A DNA stretch of 61,710 nt, filler included, from 6 parts of 6 records of this genome joined end to end with filler, not necessarily neighbours in it; one strand, 5' to 3'. Shown: positions 19,301-29,801, counted from the first letter of the whole stretch. Made by a program: numbers and translations. Notes: generated by a model not told the origin, from the sequence alone.

Positions 19301-20537
19301 GCAGGGATTGGCACTGACCGGAGCGGCGCAGGCTGATATCTCCATTGACGGGACCATTGGAGCGCCACAGATCTCCGGCACCATCACGACGTCTGACAGC
19401 CGGCTGGTTGACGGCCGGTCGGGTATCGCAATTGACAAGCTCTCCGCCGAGATTGGCCTTGCTCCCAATCAGGCGACCATTCGTTCGTTGTCGGGTGAGT
19501 TGTCCGCGGGCGGCCAGATCAGCGGGTCGGGAACCGTGGGGCTTGAAGCAGGGGCCAATTATCCTGCCGATCTCAAGCTCAAGGTGACGCGCGGACGCTA
19601 TGCCGACGGCCAGATGGTGGCTACGCGCTTTGATGCCGATCTTACCTTGGCCGGACCGTTGACCGGGCTGCCGAAGCTTGGCGGCACCGTGTTGCTGGAC
19701 GAGACCACCATCACCGTACCCGATACGCTTCCGAGCTCGATTTCGAGGCTTGATGTGACGCACAAGAACGCGTCGGCGGACATCCAGTCGCAAGCCGAGC
19801 GATTGTCGGGTGGCGACAGTGGCGGCTCTACCGGGGGGATTGGCCTGGATGTCCGGGTTCAGGCAAGCCGGATATTTGTGCGCGGCAGAGGGATGGACGT
19901 GGAGCTGGGCGGGTCGCTGCGCTTGACCGGGAGTACCGCTGCACCGGTTGCAGCCGGCGGCTTCGACCTGGTGCGTGGCCGGCTGAGCGTGCTTGGAAAG
20001 CGGCTTGATTTTACCAGCGGCAGCCTGAGTTTTGCTGGTTCCGTGGTTCCGATCCTCAATCTGGCGGCCTCGAGCCAGTCGGGCAGCACCACGGTGACCG
20101 TGTTGATCACAGGACCTGCAGACGAGCCCGAATTCAGTTTCACCTCGAGCCCCGAGTTGCCCGAGGATGAAGTGCTGGCGCAGCTGGTGTTCGGTCGCTC
20201 GATGAGCAGCCTCTCGCCGCTGCAAATTGCGCAGCTTGCCGAAGCTGCCGGGCAGCTGACGGGTGCGGTCAAGGGCGGCGGCCTTGTCGAGCAGTTGCGT
20301 CGCGCGACCGGTGTCGACGACATCGACGTTCGCACTGACGAGGAGACTGGCGATACCTCGCTGGGGGTCGGCAAGTATCTCAATGACCGGACCTATCTCG
20401 GCATCGAAAGCGGGTCTTCGGCAGGTTCCGGCAAGGCCCGCATTGACCTCGATATCGGCAAGGGCATCAAACTGCGCGGAGAAGCCAGTTCCGGTGGAGA
20501 AACCAAGGGCGGAATTTTCTACGAGCGTGAATATTAG
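16347..20537 (+). CDS. tamB: Translocation and assembly module TamB
   Basis: N-terminal anchor, long Gly-rich beta repeats, FTSSPELPEDEVLAQLVFG, C-terminal FYEREY. Confidence 0.92.
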   Translation: MTDTQSSKSRPGATWRVARWLAIALLVVLAGVVLVFTTTPGGWLIALTLNRLGSSPAQSVEIDRIDGLLSGSTRIGHVLLSDAKGEPWLLLRGIQIDWSPLALLSSGLAIDDLTIDAVELARLPESSESQSEGGPFVLPLAFDIKRFTVPDILLGEPVAGRLARFEAKGSARVDASMSTALADLVVKRIDGVGGQLTVDADYLEAEDRFNISAKLSEPAGGVLAHLLNLATKDAISLSATSQGSLADWRLNAAGTVDGEIVAEANLQMVAGEAGDAVSLQANGSFDRFLPPSVGQLLSGRSDLILEGLIEPERAGAVIDIFTFSSSRLTAQGRGRVAREGNVDLTASIAPQPAAGPLEFGADASRIVTSVPNADIRVTGNAEEAAVHLEITTDQVSGSDFSADAISAVVDFDRFALATRSGTGTVNIKIDAVGSSNDIVARAVAGGVSLSGAIAVDEDQTVTSDNLQLETGVASLMIDALSVNAAGELDASLSGKMRNLVLSDQAAKMLGPETRFAAEISRDEAGALTIQDFDVASEFAKASGGVALSAEGEIAGDVAAEVLKLAETDAGVSGGLKLSASVSGKASAPAFEARLTGNQLKLQDRDLSDLVLDAKGVADPASPQADVTLTGSLEGRPVNGSVVVSQVDGAVRINPLRLQVADNLISGTLLLDEAYRPKGQIDLDLKDIGSLSALALQSINGSGGGTIRFDVQNGVSVADIQLGLPELSGDGFDVRDARLTGSIDDLLGTPKPTGTLDVTKVSASGTDISDLAASFSQVDGWTVIEGKAQAAGMPVALKARVRPGDGATELEIETARTTWKGLGVSLSEPARVVVRDGTAQIEQLVLSPGGGQVSITGTAGQKLDIDIAISGLPLTSVNAVAPGAGLSGSLSGSVSIGGSSSAPVVQYDLNASDFRAAAASSVADVPLSIGATGGFEAGRLRFDARGDGSGLAFTASGGLDTTGAKAISARIEGSIPFSLLSGAIAKQGLALTGAAQADISIDGTIGAPQISGTITTSDSRLVDGRSGIAIDKLSAEIGLAPNQATIRSLSGELSAGGQISGSGTVGLEAGANYPADLKLKVTRGRYADGQMVATRFDADLTLAGPLTGLPKLGGTVLLDETTITVPDTLPSSISRLDVTHKNASADIQSQAERLSGGDSGGSTGGIGLDVRVQASRIFVRGRGMDVELGGSLRLTGSTAAPVAAGGFDLVRGRLSVLGKRLDFTSGSLSFAGSVVPILNLAASSQSGSTTVTVLITGPADEPEFSFTSSPELPEDEVLAQLVFGRSMSSLSPLQIAQLAEAAGQLTGAVKGGGLVEQLRRATGVDDIDVRTDEETGDTSLGVGKYLNDRTYLGIESGSSAGSGKARIDLDIGKGIKLRGEASSGGETKGGIFYEREY

Positions 20538-20681
20538 GCCCGAGCTCACCCCGTTTCACCAATAATTGACCGACAGAAGTATGCCGGTCAGCTGTGCCGG
20601 TGGAATAGCCGATTGAAAAGCCGGGTGTGATGGCCCATGTCTTGTTTCAACGACATGAGCCTTCAAGCGAGGAGTTTCGGT

Positions 20682-21131
20682 ATGGCCAAAACCTTTTCCA
20701 AGTCTGACGATGCAATTGCAAAGCTGACACCCGAACAGTTCCGGGTGACACAGCAAAGCGGGACGGAACGTCCCTTTACCGGTGAGTACAACGACAACAA
20801 GGCCGCCGGTATCTATGTCGACATCGTCTCCGGAGAGCCGCTGTTTGCCTCGTCCGACAAGTTCGACAGCGGCTGCGGATGGCCGAGCTTCACCAAGCCG
20901 ATCGAGCCGGCACATGTGACCGAACTTCGTGACAGCACGCTGGGTATGGTCCGCACCGAGGTGCGTTCGCGAGATGGCGACAGTCATCTCGGACACGTGT
21001 TTCCCGATGGCCCACAGGACCGCGGCGGCTTGCGCTATTGCATCAATTCCGCATCATTGCGGTTCATCGCCAAAGCCGACATGATGGATGAGGGCTATGG
21101 CGACTATCTTGATCAGGTGGAGGATATCTAG
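20682..21131 (+). CDS. msrB: Methionine-R-sulfoxide reductase
   Basis: [33 protein letters not shown]. Confidence 0.95.
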   Translation: MAKTFSKSDDAIAKLTPEQFRVTQQSGTERPFTGEYNDNKAAGIYVDIVSGEPLFASSDKFDSGCGWPSFTKPIEPAHVTELRDSTLGMVRTEVRSRDGDSHLGHVFPDGPQDRGGLRYCINSASLRFIAKADMMDEGYGDYLDQVEDI

Positions 21132-21638
21132 ATGAGCGAACGTGCAGTTCTTGCCGGTGGATGTTTTTGGGGTATGCAGGATTTGATCCGCAAGATGCCC
21201 GGCGTCGAAGACACCCGCGTCGGCTACACCGGCGGCGATGTCAAAAACGCCACCTATCGTGACCACGGCACCCATGCCGAGGGCATCGAGATCACTTTCG
21301 ATCCGAACCGGATCAGCTATCGCGAGTTGCTGGAATTCTTCTTCCAGATCCATGATCCATCGACGCCCAATCAGCAGGGCAACGACCGTGGCATGGCCTA
21401 TCGTTCGGCGATCTATTACACCGATGATCAGCAACGCCAGACGGCACTCGACACCATTGCCGACGTTGATGCTTCGGGACTATGGCCCGGCAAGGTGGTG
21501 ACGGAAGTGGAACCGGTGGGCGATTTCTGGGAAGCCGAGCCAGAGCACCAGGATTATCTCGAACGGATCCCGCACGGCTACACATGCCATTTCGCACGGC
21601 CTGACTGGGTCTTGCCGAAGCGCGATGCTGCCGAATAG
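21132..21638 (+). CDS. msrA: Methionine-S-sulfoxide reductase
   Basis: GGCFWG, HDPST...[17 protein letters not shown]. Confidence 0.95.
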   Translation: MSERAVLAGGCFWGMQDLIRKMPGVEDTRVGYTGGDVKNATYRDHGTHAEGIEITFDPNRISYRELLEFFFQIHDPSTPNQQGNDRGMAYRSAIYYTDDQQRQTALDTIADVDASGLWPGKVVTEVEPVGDFWEAEPEHQDYLERIPHGYTCHFARPDWVLPKRDAAE

Positions 21639-21726
21639 GCATGCTGCCGCCGCCGACATACCGACAAGCGACCGGCATAGCCCGGTCGCTTGCAGTTGAG
21701 CGAAGCATTTTCGAAGGACCAGCCCC

Positions 21727-22519
21727 ATGAGCACCGCAGGATTTCAGTTCGACAATTCCTATGCGCGCGAGCTTGAGGGGTTTTACGTGCCCTGGAAAGG
21801 CGCGGAAGTGCCGGCACCACGGATGATCCGCTTCAACCAGCCGCTTGCGGCCGAGCTTGGACTGGATGGAGCGGCGCTGGACAGCGATGCCGGGGCAGCC
21901 ATTTTGGCTGGGCATGAAGCGCCCGAGGGAGCTGAGCCCTTGGCCATGGCCTATGCCGGGCATCAGTTTGGCGGGTTCTCTCCGCAGCTTGGCGACGGCC
22001 GGGCGCTGCTTCTGGGCGAAGTGATCGACACTCACGGCAAGCGCCGCGACATTCATCTCAAGGGCTCCGGCCGAACGCCGTTTTCCCGCGGTGGCGACGG
22101 CAAGGCGGTGCTTGGGCCGGTATTGCGCGAATACATCATCGGCGAAGCAATGCATGCGCTCGGCGTGCCAACGACGCGGGCGCTGGCGGCGGTGGCGACC
22201 GGTGAGCAGATCATGCGGCAGGATGGCCCTGAGCCAGGCGCCGTGCTGGCGCGGGTGGCGTCGAGCCATTTGCGGGTCGGCACGTTCCAGTTCTTTGCCG
22301 CGCGCGGCGACACCGAGCGGCTCAGGCAACTGGCCGACTATGCCATTGCGCGGCATTATCCTGAGCTGTCAGGGCAGCCTGATCAGTATCTGGGCCTTCT
22401 CGAGGCCGTGCGTGAGCGGCAGGCGGCGCTCATTGCCAAATGGGTGCTGGTTGGTTTCGTGCATGGAGTTATGAACACCGACAACATGACGATTTCCGGC
22501 GAGACCATCGATTACGGGC
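21727..22519 (+). CDS. selO: SelO/YdiU, 3'-truncated
   Basis: [36 protein letters not shown]. Confidence 0.93.
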
Positions 22520-22619
22520 NNNNNNNNNNNNNNNNNNNNNNNNNNNNNNNNNNNNNNNNNNNNTTAATTAATTAANNNNNNNNNNNNNNNNNNNNNNNNN
22601 NNNNNNNNNNNNNNNNNNN
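22520..22619. other. Artificial contig spacer
   Basis: N44-TTAATTAATTAA-N44. Confidence 0.99.
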
Positions 22620-23521
22620 CTTTCGGCGATTTCCGGCGTCACCGACTGGATATGCACACCCAGCCAGCCGCGCCGCACTTCACCGTTCTTGATCAGCTGG
22701 CGGATCACCGGGGTTGCGGTCGACGTCGGCACGGCAAAGCCGATCCCGACGCTACCGCCGGTCGGCGAGAAGATCGCCGTATTGATGCCGATCACCTCAC
22801 CGCTCATGTTGAACATCGGGCCGCCCGAGTTGCCGCGGTTGATCGAGGCATCGGTCTGCAAATAATCGTCATAGGGACCGGAATTGATGTCACGCCCGCG
22901 CGCCGAGATAATCCCCGCCGTCACCGATCCACCAAGACCGAACGGGTTGCCGATCGCGACCACCCAGTCGCCGACCTCGCTGGCATCGGAGTCACCCAGT
23001 TCCGCGACCGGCAGATCGCCGTCGAAAGTGACCTTGAGCACGGCAAGATCGGTTTTCGGATCACGCCCGACCAGTTCCGCCTTGAGGCGCGTGTCGTCGT
23101 GCAGGATTACGGAAATCTCGTCAGCGTCCTGAATAACGTGGTTGTTGGTGACGACATAGCCCTTGGCATCAACGATGAAGCCCGAGCCCAGCGAGGTTGC
23201 CTTGCGCGGACGCTGCTGCTGGCCGTTGCGCTCGAAGAAGTCCTTGAAGAAATCCTCGAACGGCGAGCCTGGCGGCAATTGCGGCATATCAAGACCGCTG
23301 CGGCCTTCAACCGTCTGCGTGGTCGAGATATTGACCACCGTCGGCAGCAGTTTCTTGGCCAGCCCCGAAAAACTCTCCGGCGCCCCCTTGGCAAACGCAC
23401 CACTCGCCTGAAGCGCAATCGCCAGCGCGGCCAGCACCGCAAAGATGCGGGTCAGCCAGATCATGGTGGCGGCGGTTTCATCTGCCTTGGCAGCCTTCAC
23501 GGCGACGCGGGTATTTTTCAT
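22620..23521 (-). CDS. degP: DegP/DegQ (HtrA) serine protease, 3'-truncated
   Basis: TNNHV, TDLAV and GNSGG triad motifs. Confidence 0.92.
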
Positions 23522-23671
23522 CGTTCAATAACCTCTTGATCAGAAATCCGATTAATTAAGTGCACATCTCTCTAGGGTCCGTCTATGCATCAAATGTGTC
23601 GGCATCATGGCCTTGTCCAGTGCTACGGGGATAAACCGGGCTTTTCACGACAAATTGATGGTAATCGCCTA

Positions 23672-23750
23672 GTCCCCGGCCTGACCTGCAGCAGGTCAGA
23701 CCGGGGACCGGTCGACAGTCAACATGGATTTCCGCCCCTAGCGGAATGAC
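23672..23750. repeat. REP-like palindromes
   Basis: GTCCCCGG-C-CTGACCTGC-A-GCAGGTCAG-A-CCGGGGAC, then TGGATTTCCGC-n4-AGCGGAATGAC. Confidence 0.5.
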
Positions 23751-23757
23751 GGTCGGA

Positions 23758-24963
23758 TCAGGCCTCCGATGCGGCCCGTGCCCCCGCCGTTTCAGGCGCA
23801 GAGGCACGGCGCAGGACGATGTAGCCCAGAACCGCCGACAACAGCGAGCCGCCGAGCACCCCGAGGCGGACCTGCGCGGCATGTTGCGGATCGGAGAACG
23901 CCAGGGTCCCGATAAACAGGCTCATGGTAAAGCCGATACCGGCCAGCAGCGACAGGCCATAGACCTGCAGCCAGTTCACCCCTGCCGGCAGATGCGCCAG
24001 CCCCATGCGCACGGCAAGCCAGGCAAAACCGAAGACCCCCAGCTGCTTGCCCAGGAAAAGCCCCAGAGCGATCCCAAGCGGGATCGGCGCGAACAGGTCG
24101 GCCAGTTGCAAACCGAACAGCGGGATACCTGCATTGGCAAAGGCAAACACCGGCATGATGAAGAAGGTCACCCAAGGATGGAGGCTTTCTTCCAGGCGGT
24201 GCAGCGGCGACGGCTTATCCGAGCCAGGTACCCGCAAAGGAATACAGAACGCCAGCACCACCCCGGCCAGCGTTGCGTGGACGCCGGATTTCAGCACACA
24301 GACCCACATCACGGCACCGACCAGGATGTACAGCGAGACACGTGTGACATGCAACCGGTTGAACAATACCAGAACCGCAGTACAACCCGCCGCGATGAGA
24401 AGTGAGAGAACCGACAGATCGCTGGTATAAAACAACGCAATGATAATGATGGCGCCGAGGTCATCCATAATCGCCAGCGCAAGAAGCGTCACTTTCAACG
24501 CTGACGGGACGCGATTACCCAACAGGGCGAGAACGCCAAGCGCAAAGGCGATGTCGGTGGCGGCCGGAATGGCCCAGCCGTTGAGTGCGACCGGATCGGT
24601 CCAGTTAAACGCAACATAGATCAACGCCGGTGCGATCATCCCGCCAAGGGCAGCGCTGGCCGGCAAGGCGGATTGCCGAATACTGGAAAGACGGCCCTCC
24701 AGGAATTCCCGCTTGATCTCCAGCCCGACCATAAAGAAGAAAACCGCCATCAGGCCATCGTTGATCCACAGCAGCAGCGGCTTATCGAGGACGAGGGCAC
24801 CAATCGAAACATTCACAGGCGTTGTCAGGATACCGTCGTAAAGCCAGTACAATGGCGAATTATCCATGATCAGGGCGGCGATGGCGGCTGTAATCAACAG
24901 CAGCCCGCCAAAAGCTTCGTGATGGATGATACGTGACAGCGTGGATGACGTTTCGTGTTTCAA
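23758..24963 (-). CDS. nhaA: Na+/H+ antiporter NhaA
   Basis: GAGGAG SD before TTG 24963; [36 protein letters not shown]. Confidence 0.93.
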   Translation of the reverse strand: MKHETSSTLSRIIHHEAFGGLLLITAAIAALIMDNSPLYWLYDGILTTPVNVSIGALVLDKPLLLWINDGLMAVFFFMVGLEIKREFLEGRLSSIRQSALPASAALGGMIAPALIYVAFNWTDPVALNGWAIPAATDIAFALGVLALLGNRVPSALKVTLLALAIMDDLGAIIIIALFYTSDLSVLSLLIAAGCTAVLVLFNRLHVTRVSLYILVGAVMWVCVLKSGVHATLAGVVLAFCIPLRVPGSDKPSPLHRLEESLHPWVTFFIMPVFAFANAGIPLFGLQLADLFAPIPLGIALGLFLGKQLGVFGFAWLAVRMGLAHLPAGVNWLQVYGLSLLAGIGFTMSLFIGTLAFSDPQHAAQVRLGVLGGSLLSAVLGYIVLRRASAPETAGARAASEA

Positions 24964-25069
24964 GACAAACTCCTCGTATAAATAATAGAAACGTATATAT
25001 ACGTATGAAAACGATTGATAAACGCTCAAAACATTAATAATATTTCATAAAACAATATATGAGGAAACG

Positions 25070-25255
25070 ATGCTCAGCCGCCCCATGCTCACGGTTCACG
25101 AGGTCGCAGATATGCTCAAAGTCAAGGAGAGCACGGTACGCACATGGATTCGTGAATCAGAATTGCGCGCCGTCAAACTCGGGCGGGATTGGCGCGTCTC
25201 GATCAAGGACCTGGAAGCGTTCGTCAACGACCACGCCAACCGCCCCCCTGCCTGA
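25070..25255 (+). CDS. Excisionase-like winged HTH (HTH_17) protein
   Basis: MLTVHEVADMLKVKESTVRTWIR...KLGRDWRV. Confidence 0.85.
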   Translation: MLSRPMLTVHEVADMLKVKESTVRTWIRESELRAVKLGRDWRVSIKDLEAFVNDHANRPPA

Positions 25256-25303
25256 AAGACACTTAATGGATCCGGCACCTTGTCCGCGCGACACGCCGGA
25301 TGC

Positions 25304-26332
25304 TCACTTGATGATGAGATTCCACAGTCGCCCGAACTGTTCGCGGGCCTGTTCGCGGTGCGTGCGGTATTCGACATGCGCCCCCGGCGCCGCGTCCGGG
25401 TTCAGGTCAATGGAAAACAGGGCGCTGATCTCGTTCGGCACGAAAGAGTAGCGAACATCGATGATGCGATTGGGCCTGGCCGGATCAAGCGCTGAAAACC
25501 CGTCCGAGAAATGATCGAACCGCCTGACATCCCGCGCCTGTTGTGCTTCCTTGTCGAGCCACGGCAAATCCCGCGCGATGTCGAGTTTGGCCACGCTGGT
25601 GCCTTCGTAGACCCGGGGCGCAAGACGTACGCGGAGCGCATCCACATAAAAGTTGCCATCCGCCTCATAGACGCTTTTCCAGACCACGAGGTTGCCGAAG
25701 CTCGGCTTGATCTCGACACGCACCGGCGCATGACCGCGCGATGCCGCCAGTTCTGCCGCCATATCGCGTGCACCCTGATGTTGTGCCCATCCGAGCCCCA
25801 GATACAAAAGCGCCCAGACCAGCCCGATCCGTGCCGGGCGCGGATCGCTGCGCACGGCGGCCATGATGACGCCCAACAACAGGGGCAGTGTAAACAGCGG
25901 GTCGATGATGGAAATGATGCTCCAGGAATAGCGCGTGTCGACGAACGGCCACAGCAACATGGTGCCGTAGGAGGTCGCGGAATCCAGAAGCGCATGTGTC
26001 GCATATCCCAGCGTGCACAGAAGTGTGGTCTGCAAAAATCCGAGATGCCAGCGATGGCGCAACACCCCGTGCAGCGCCAGCGCCACAATCAGCCCGCCGA
26101 TGGGGATGAAGATCAGGGAATGGGTGAACTGACGATGATATGTCAGAAATAAAAGCGGATCGCTGGACGACGAAATCAGGATATCCAGATCAGCGGCCAT
26201 GCCGCCCAGCATGCCGATGAACCCAGCGACGGCGAGCTGGTATTTTTGCCGGCCGGCCCCGTTTGCCGCGCGCCTGGCCCAGACCGACTGCGGCAATGCG
26301 GCGCCCAGCGCGCCTTGCGTCAAAGGATCCAT
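25304..26332 (-). CDS. Inner-membrane metal-dependent hydrolase (YdjM/DUF457-like)
   Basis: MDPLTQGALGA, DLD, HRQFTHS, THALLD. Confidence 0.85.
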   Translation of the reverse strand: MDPLTQGALGAALPQSVWARRAANGAGRQKYQLAVAGFIGMLGGMAADLDILISSSSDPLLFLTYHRQFTHSLIFIPIGGLIVALALHGVLRHRWHLGFLQTTLLCTLGYATHALLDSATSYGTMLLWPFVDTRYSWSIISIIDPLFTLPLLLGVIMAAVRSDPRPARIGLVWALLYLGLGWAQHQGARDMAAELAASRGHAPVRVEIKPSFGNLVVWKSVYEADGNFYVDALRVRLAPRVYEGTSVAKLDIARDLPWLDKEAQQARDVRRFDHFSDGFSALDPARPNRIIDVRYSFVPNEISALFSIDLNPDAAPGAHVEYRTHREQAREQFGRLWNLIIK

Positions 26333-26344
26333 ATCATTCCACGT

Positions 26345-26803
26345 CTAGAACCAGGCGCTCGTCGTCAGCGTGAACAACAACGCGGATACTGCACCGATGG
26401 TCAGGATCGTCCGCAGTCGCGCAAACCAAACGGTCGTATTGTCTGCATTAAATATCCGGAAATCAATCACACCCGCCGCCACAAATCCGAATATAAGAAC
26501 ACAAAGCCCCGTTACCGGTGGCAGGAAAAGTGCGCCCCAGGCTACGAGCGACGGCGTCACACCCCAGCCAAGATGGAGCCAGTCGGCTTTTATCCTGTTC
26601 ACGGCCGCAAGCCCCCAGTGTACACCGCCGAGAAACGACAATATCAAGGCGCCGTATGTCATTTGCGCGCGAAGGGCGGTTTCGCTCAAGCCGGGATCGG
26701 CATTCGGCACAAGCACGGCCAGTCCCCAAAACGGCAATAGGCCAGCGATGCCCAGGAGAAGGGCAGGACGTGGCACGCCTGCGGGCGAGGTCTCGCTCTT
26801 CAT
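26345..26803 (-). CDS. DUF3429-family membrane protein
   Basis: LGIAGLLPF, YGALILSFLGGVHWG; ATGA overlap with the upstream gene. Confidence 0.85.
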   Translation of the reverse strand: MKSETSPAGVPRPALLLGIAGLLPFWGLAVLVPNADPGLSETALRAQMTYGALILSFLGGVHWGLAAVNRIKADWLHLGWGVTPSLVAWGALFLPPVTGLCVLIFGFVAAGVIDFRIFNADNTTVWFARLRTILTIGAVSALLFTLTTSAWF

Positions 26804-27189
26804 CCCGTCGACAGTGCGCGGAATCGTCCGACAAGACGAACGACAAGCGGGCGAAGCGGCAAAAACATGCGGTAGAAAATTTCCATCACATGCACGGCGC
26901 CCGTCACGGCGGCGATGTTTCCGAACCAACGCCATCCGGGGAGCTGTTGCCAGACATGGACAAAGGCACGCGCCCCGGACAGGACGGTGCCGTCACCACG
27001 CATGACATGAAACCGGGCAAGCAACGCTTCACGCGGCATTCCCGTCTGCAACGCAGTCCCATCTTCCGATACATCGACGAGAGTCAGGCGGCCGTTGCTG
27101 TCGGCATTGCGGTAATGCTGTATCTCGGCGCGGCAAAGGGGGCACGCACCATCATAGAATACAGTCGTTTGAGATTGTTCTTTCATCAT
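26800..27189 (-). CDS. DCC/DUF393 thiol-disulfide oxidoreductase-family protein
   Basis: VFYDGACPLC, GARAF. Confidence 0.88.
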   Translation of the reverse strand: MMKEQSQTTVFYDGACPLCRAEIQHYRNADSNGRLTLVDVSEDGTALQTGMPREALLARFHVMRGDGTVLSGARAFVHVWQQLPGWRWFGNIAAVTGAVHVMEIFYRMFLPLRPLVVRLVGRFRALSTG

Positions 27190-27382
27190 ATCGCCTCTAA
27201 TCCGTACGGCGCTCCTGTTCCGGCCTGTGCATAGGCTTGCACCTCACCGAAATCGATGCGGCAACCATGTATCTGGTACGAAAATCAACGCAGAACGGAT
27301 CTCATGCGTGGTATTTATACAGGCCGGGATGTGCAATCTTATGCCGCCACTGCCTGGCGTCGGCAAATGCGCACGGGCGGGC

Positions 27383-27568
27383 CTACCCCCGGATGAACCA
27401 GACGATCACGAAGCCGAGCAGCGCCGCACCGATACCGAACGCCCTGAGCGTCGAGACCGGCTGGCCGATCACGTGCAGCATCATCTTTTTCATGGCGTCG
27501 GGGAACAGCGCATAGCAAACGCCCTCGATCACGATAGCGAGACCGAGGGCGGTTACAAAGTCCGTCAT
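27383..27568 (-). CDS. DUF2065-family small membrane protein
   Basis: LGLAIVIEG...P...LRAFG; typical position after hflC. Confidence 0.88.
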   Translation of the reverse strand: MTDFVTALGLAIVIEGVCYALFPDAMKKMMLHVIGQPVSTLRAFGIGAALLGFVIVWFIRG

Positions 27569-27595
27569 ATCAGACGATCAACAGGTCCGGTGACG

Positions 27596-28483
27596 TTACT
27601 GACGGGTGTCAGGCGCGTCGCGCGGACCGGAGTTGTTGAAGTAGCGGAAGAACTCGCTGTCCGGCGACAGCACCATCGTGGTGCCGTCGTCGAAGGCTTT
27701 TCCGTAGGCTTCCATCGAGCGGTAAAAGCGGAAGAACTCTTCGTCCTTGCCGAAAGCGTCGGCGAGGATCTTGTTCTTGCCGCCATCCCCTTCACCACGC
27801 AGGATTTCCGAGGTCCGGTTGGCTTCGGCGAAGATGACGGTCCGCTGGCGGTCGGCTTCGGCCTGAATGGTCAGCTTCAGCTCTTCACCCTGGGCGCGGA
27901 TTTCGGCGGCCTGGGCAATACGATCGGAACGCATCCGGTTATACACCGACTGCAGGGTCGCTTCCGGCAGATCGGTCCGGCCGATCCGGAGATCCACCAG
28001 CTCAACCCCGAAGCGAGGGGCCTGTGTCTTGAGGATCTGGAAAATCAGGTTCATGACCTCGGCGCGTTTCGGTGACAGCATTTCCGCAAGTGACACCTTG
28101 GCGACCTCGGCACGAACCGCGGAATTCAGCTGCGAGCCGAAAACCTGGCGGAAGTTGCGGTCGGTCTGAGCTGCTTTGAGGAACTCCAGCGGATCGACGA
28201 TCTTGTAGCGTGCGAAGCTGTCGACGTTGACCCGTTTCTGATCCGCCAGCAGAACTTCCTGCGGCTGCGGATCGAGATCGAGGATACGACGGTCGAAGTA
28301 ACGCACGTTCTGGATAAACGGCATCTTGAAATGCAGTCCCGGATCGGGAACCGCACGCACCGGATTACCGAACTGAAGAACGAGGGCCTGCTGACGCTGG
28401 TCCACCGTGAAGGCGGCACTATAGAGCCCGATGCCACCGGCAATCAGCAGAATGGCAAAAATTGCTAATCCGGACTTTTTCAT
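27596..28483 (-). CDS. hflC: FtsH modulator HflC
   Basis: PGLHFKMPFIQ, FFRFYRSMEAY, SPDSEFFRY. Confidence 0.95.
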   Translation of the reverse strand: MKKSGLAIFAILLIAGGIGLYSAAFTVDQRQQALVLQFGNPVRAVPDPGLHFKMPFIQNVRYFDRRILDLDPQPQEVLLADQKRVNVDSFARYKIVDPLEFLKAAQTDRNFRQVFGSQLNSAVRAEVAKVSLAEMLSPKRAEVMNLIFQILKTQAPRFGVELVDLRIGRTDLPEATLQSVYNRMRSDRIAQAAEIRAQGEELKLTIQAEADRQRTVIFAEANRTSEILRGEGDGGKNKILADAFGKDEEFFRFYRSMEAYGKAFDDGTTMVLSPDSEFFRYFNNSGPRDAPDTRQ

Positions 28484-29601
28484 TGTGCTGTCCCTCCTTT
28501 TTTCTGCAGTTCGTTCAGCGGCAGGTACGGCACAACGCCGTTCGCACCCTGGGCCTTGCCATCAATAATGATTTTGTTGGCACGGCCGAGAACATCCTGC
28601 ATGCGTTCCAGGAACAGACGCTGCGTGGTGACGTCCTTGGCATTCGCATAGGTCTCGTAAACCGAAATGAAGCGGGCGGCTTCACCCTCGGCTTCCTTGA
28701 TCACCTGCTCCTTGTAGGCCTTGGCAGCAGCGATACGCTTTTCCGCTTCACCCTTGGCCCGGGGCACGATGTCGTTCTTATATGCGTTGGCCTCGTTGAC
28801 GGCGCGCTCCTGGTCCTGCTTGGCCCGTTGCACGTCGTTGAAGGCGTCGATCACTTCCTGCGGCGGATCGGACTGCTGCAGTTTGGTCTGGGTGATCAGG
28901 ATACCGGCACCGTATTCATCGAGAATCCGCTGCAACAGTTCCTTGGTGTCTGCTTCGACTTTCTGACGGCCGCCGGTCAGCACGTTTTCGAGCGGCGCCT
29001 GGCCGACGATTTCACGAAGTGCGCTTTCGGCAGCGATCTTGATCGTGCCTTCGGGGTCGCGAATGTTGAACAGATAGTCGGCAGCGTTCTTGATCTGCCA
29101 CTGCACGTCGAAATCGATGTCGACGACGTTTTGATCGCCGGTCAGCATCAGGCTTTCGCTGGGCACGTCACGGTTGGCACGGCTGGCGCCACCCTCGCCC
29201 CGATAGCCGATCTGGATCGTGTTCACACGCGTGACGTTCGGCGTGTAGACGGTGCCGATCGGTGACGGCAGCCAGTAATTCAGACCCGGGTTGGTCCGTT
29301 TGACGAATTCGCCGAACAGCAGTTCCACGCCTTCCTCGTCCGGTTGCACCCGGTAAAAGCCGCTGGCCAGCCAGATACCGACCACCGCGATACCGATCAG
29401 GACGATGCCCTTGGCACCACCGCTGCCGCCCGGCATGAAGCTTTTGACGCGTTCCTGTGCGCGGCGCAGTGTTTCTTCCAGATCGGGGGGCTGCATACCA
29501 CCGCCGCCACCACCGCCGGGTCTGCCGCCGCCGCCACCGCCCCAAGGGCCTTGACCGCCGCCACCGCCGCCCCAAGGGCCGCCTTGTTTATTCCATGCCA
29601 T
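28480..29601 (-). CDS. hflK: FtsH modulator HflK
   Basis: Gly-rich GPW N-terminus, PPDLEE, MLTGDQN, VPYLPLNEL. Confidence 0.95.
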   Translation of the reverse strand: MAWNKQGGPWGGGGGGQGPWGGGGGGRPGGGGGGGMQPPDLEETLRRAQERVKSFMPGGSGGAKGIVLIGIAVVGIWLASGFYRVQPDEEGVELLFGEFVKRTNPGLNYWLPSPIGTVYTPNVTRVNTIQIGYRGEGGASRANRDVPSESLMLTGDQNVVDIDFDVQWQIKNAADYLFNIRDPEGTIKIAAESALREIVGQAPLENVLTGGRQKVEADTKELLQRILDEYGAGILITQTKLQQSDPPQEVIDAFNDVQRAKQDQERAVNEANAYKNDIVPRAKGEAEKRIAAAKAYKEQVIKEAEGEAARFISVYETYANAKDVTTQRLFLERMQDVLGRANKIIIDGKAQGANGVVPYLPLNELQKKGGTAQ

Positions 29602-29801
29602 TGATAATCCTACCTTGCTTTCCTGCCGTCCGGTCTGCATCCATACACAATGCACCCGGCTGATCTCTTGTAATTTAGCCCAATAGCGTTAACTACTTGG
29701 GCGAAAGAGCGGTTCGCGTTATAGGACAGCCGAACCACCCTGACAAACATAGTCCATACGGACCCCGACTGATATCGGTTTAAATTCTGGAGTTTGCAAC
29801 C

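Noticed and set aside
14381-22356. Long antisense ORFs (432, 503 and 347 aa)
   Set aside because: Shadow frames of GC-rich tamA, tamB, msrA and selO
8540-22519. Two selO genes as one system
   Set aside because: They lie on different contigs from different organisms, separated by an artificial spacer
25070-25255. Excisionase indicating a prophage
   Set aside because: No integrase, att site or phage genes on the contig
29497-29585. Repeats at the 5' end of hflK as a CRISPR-like array
   Set aside because: They encode the normal Gly-rich GPWGGG N-terminus; no CRISPR array was seen anywhere in the window
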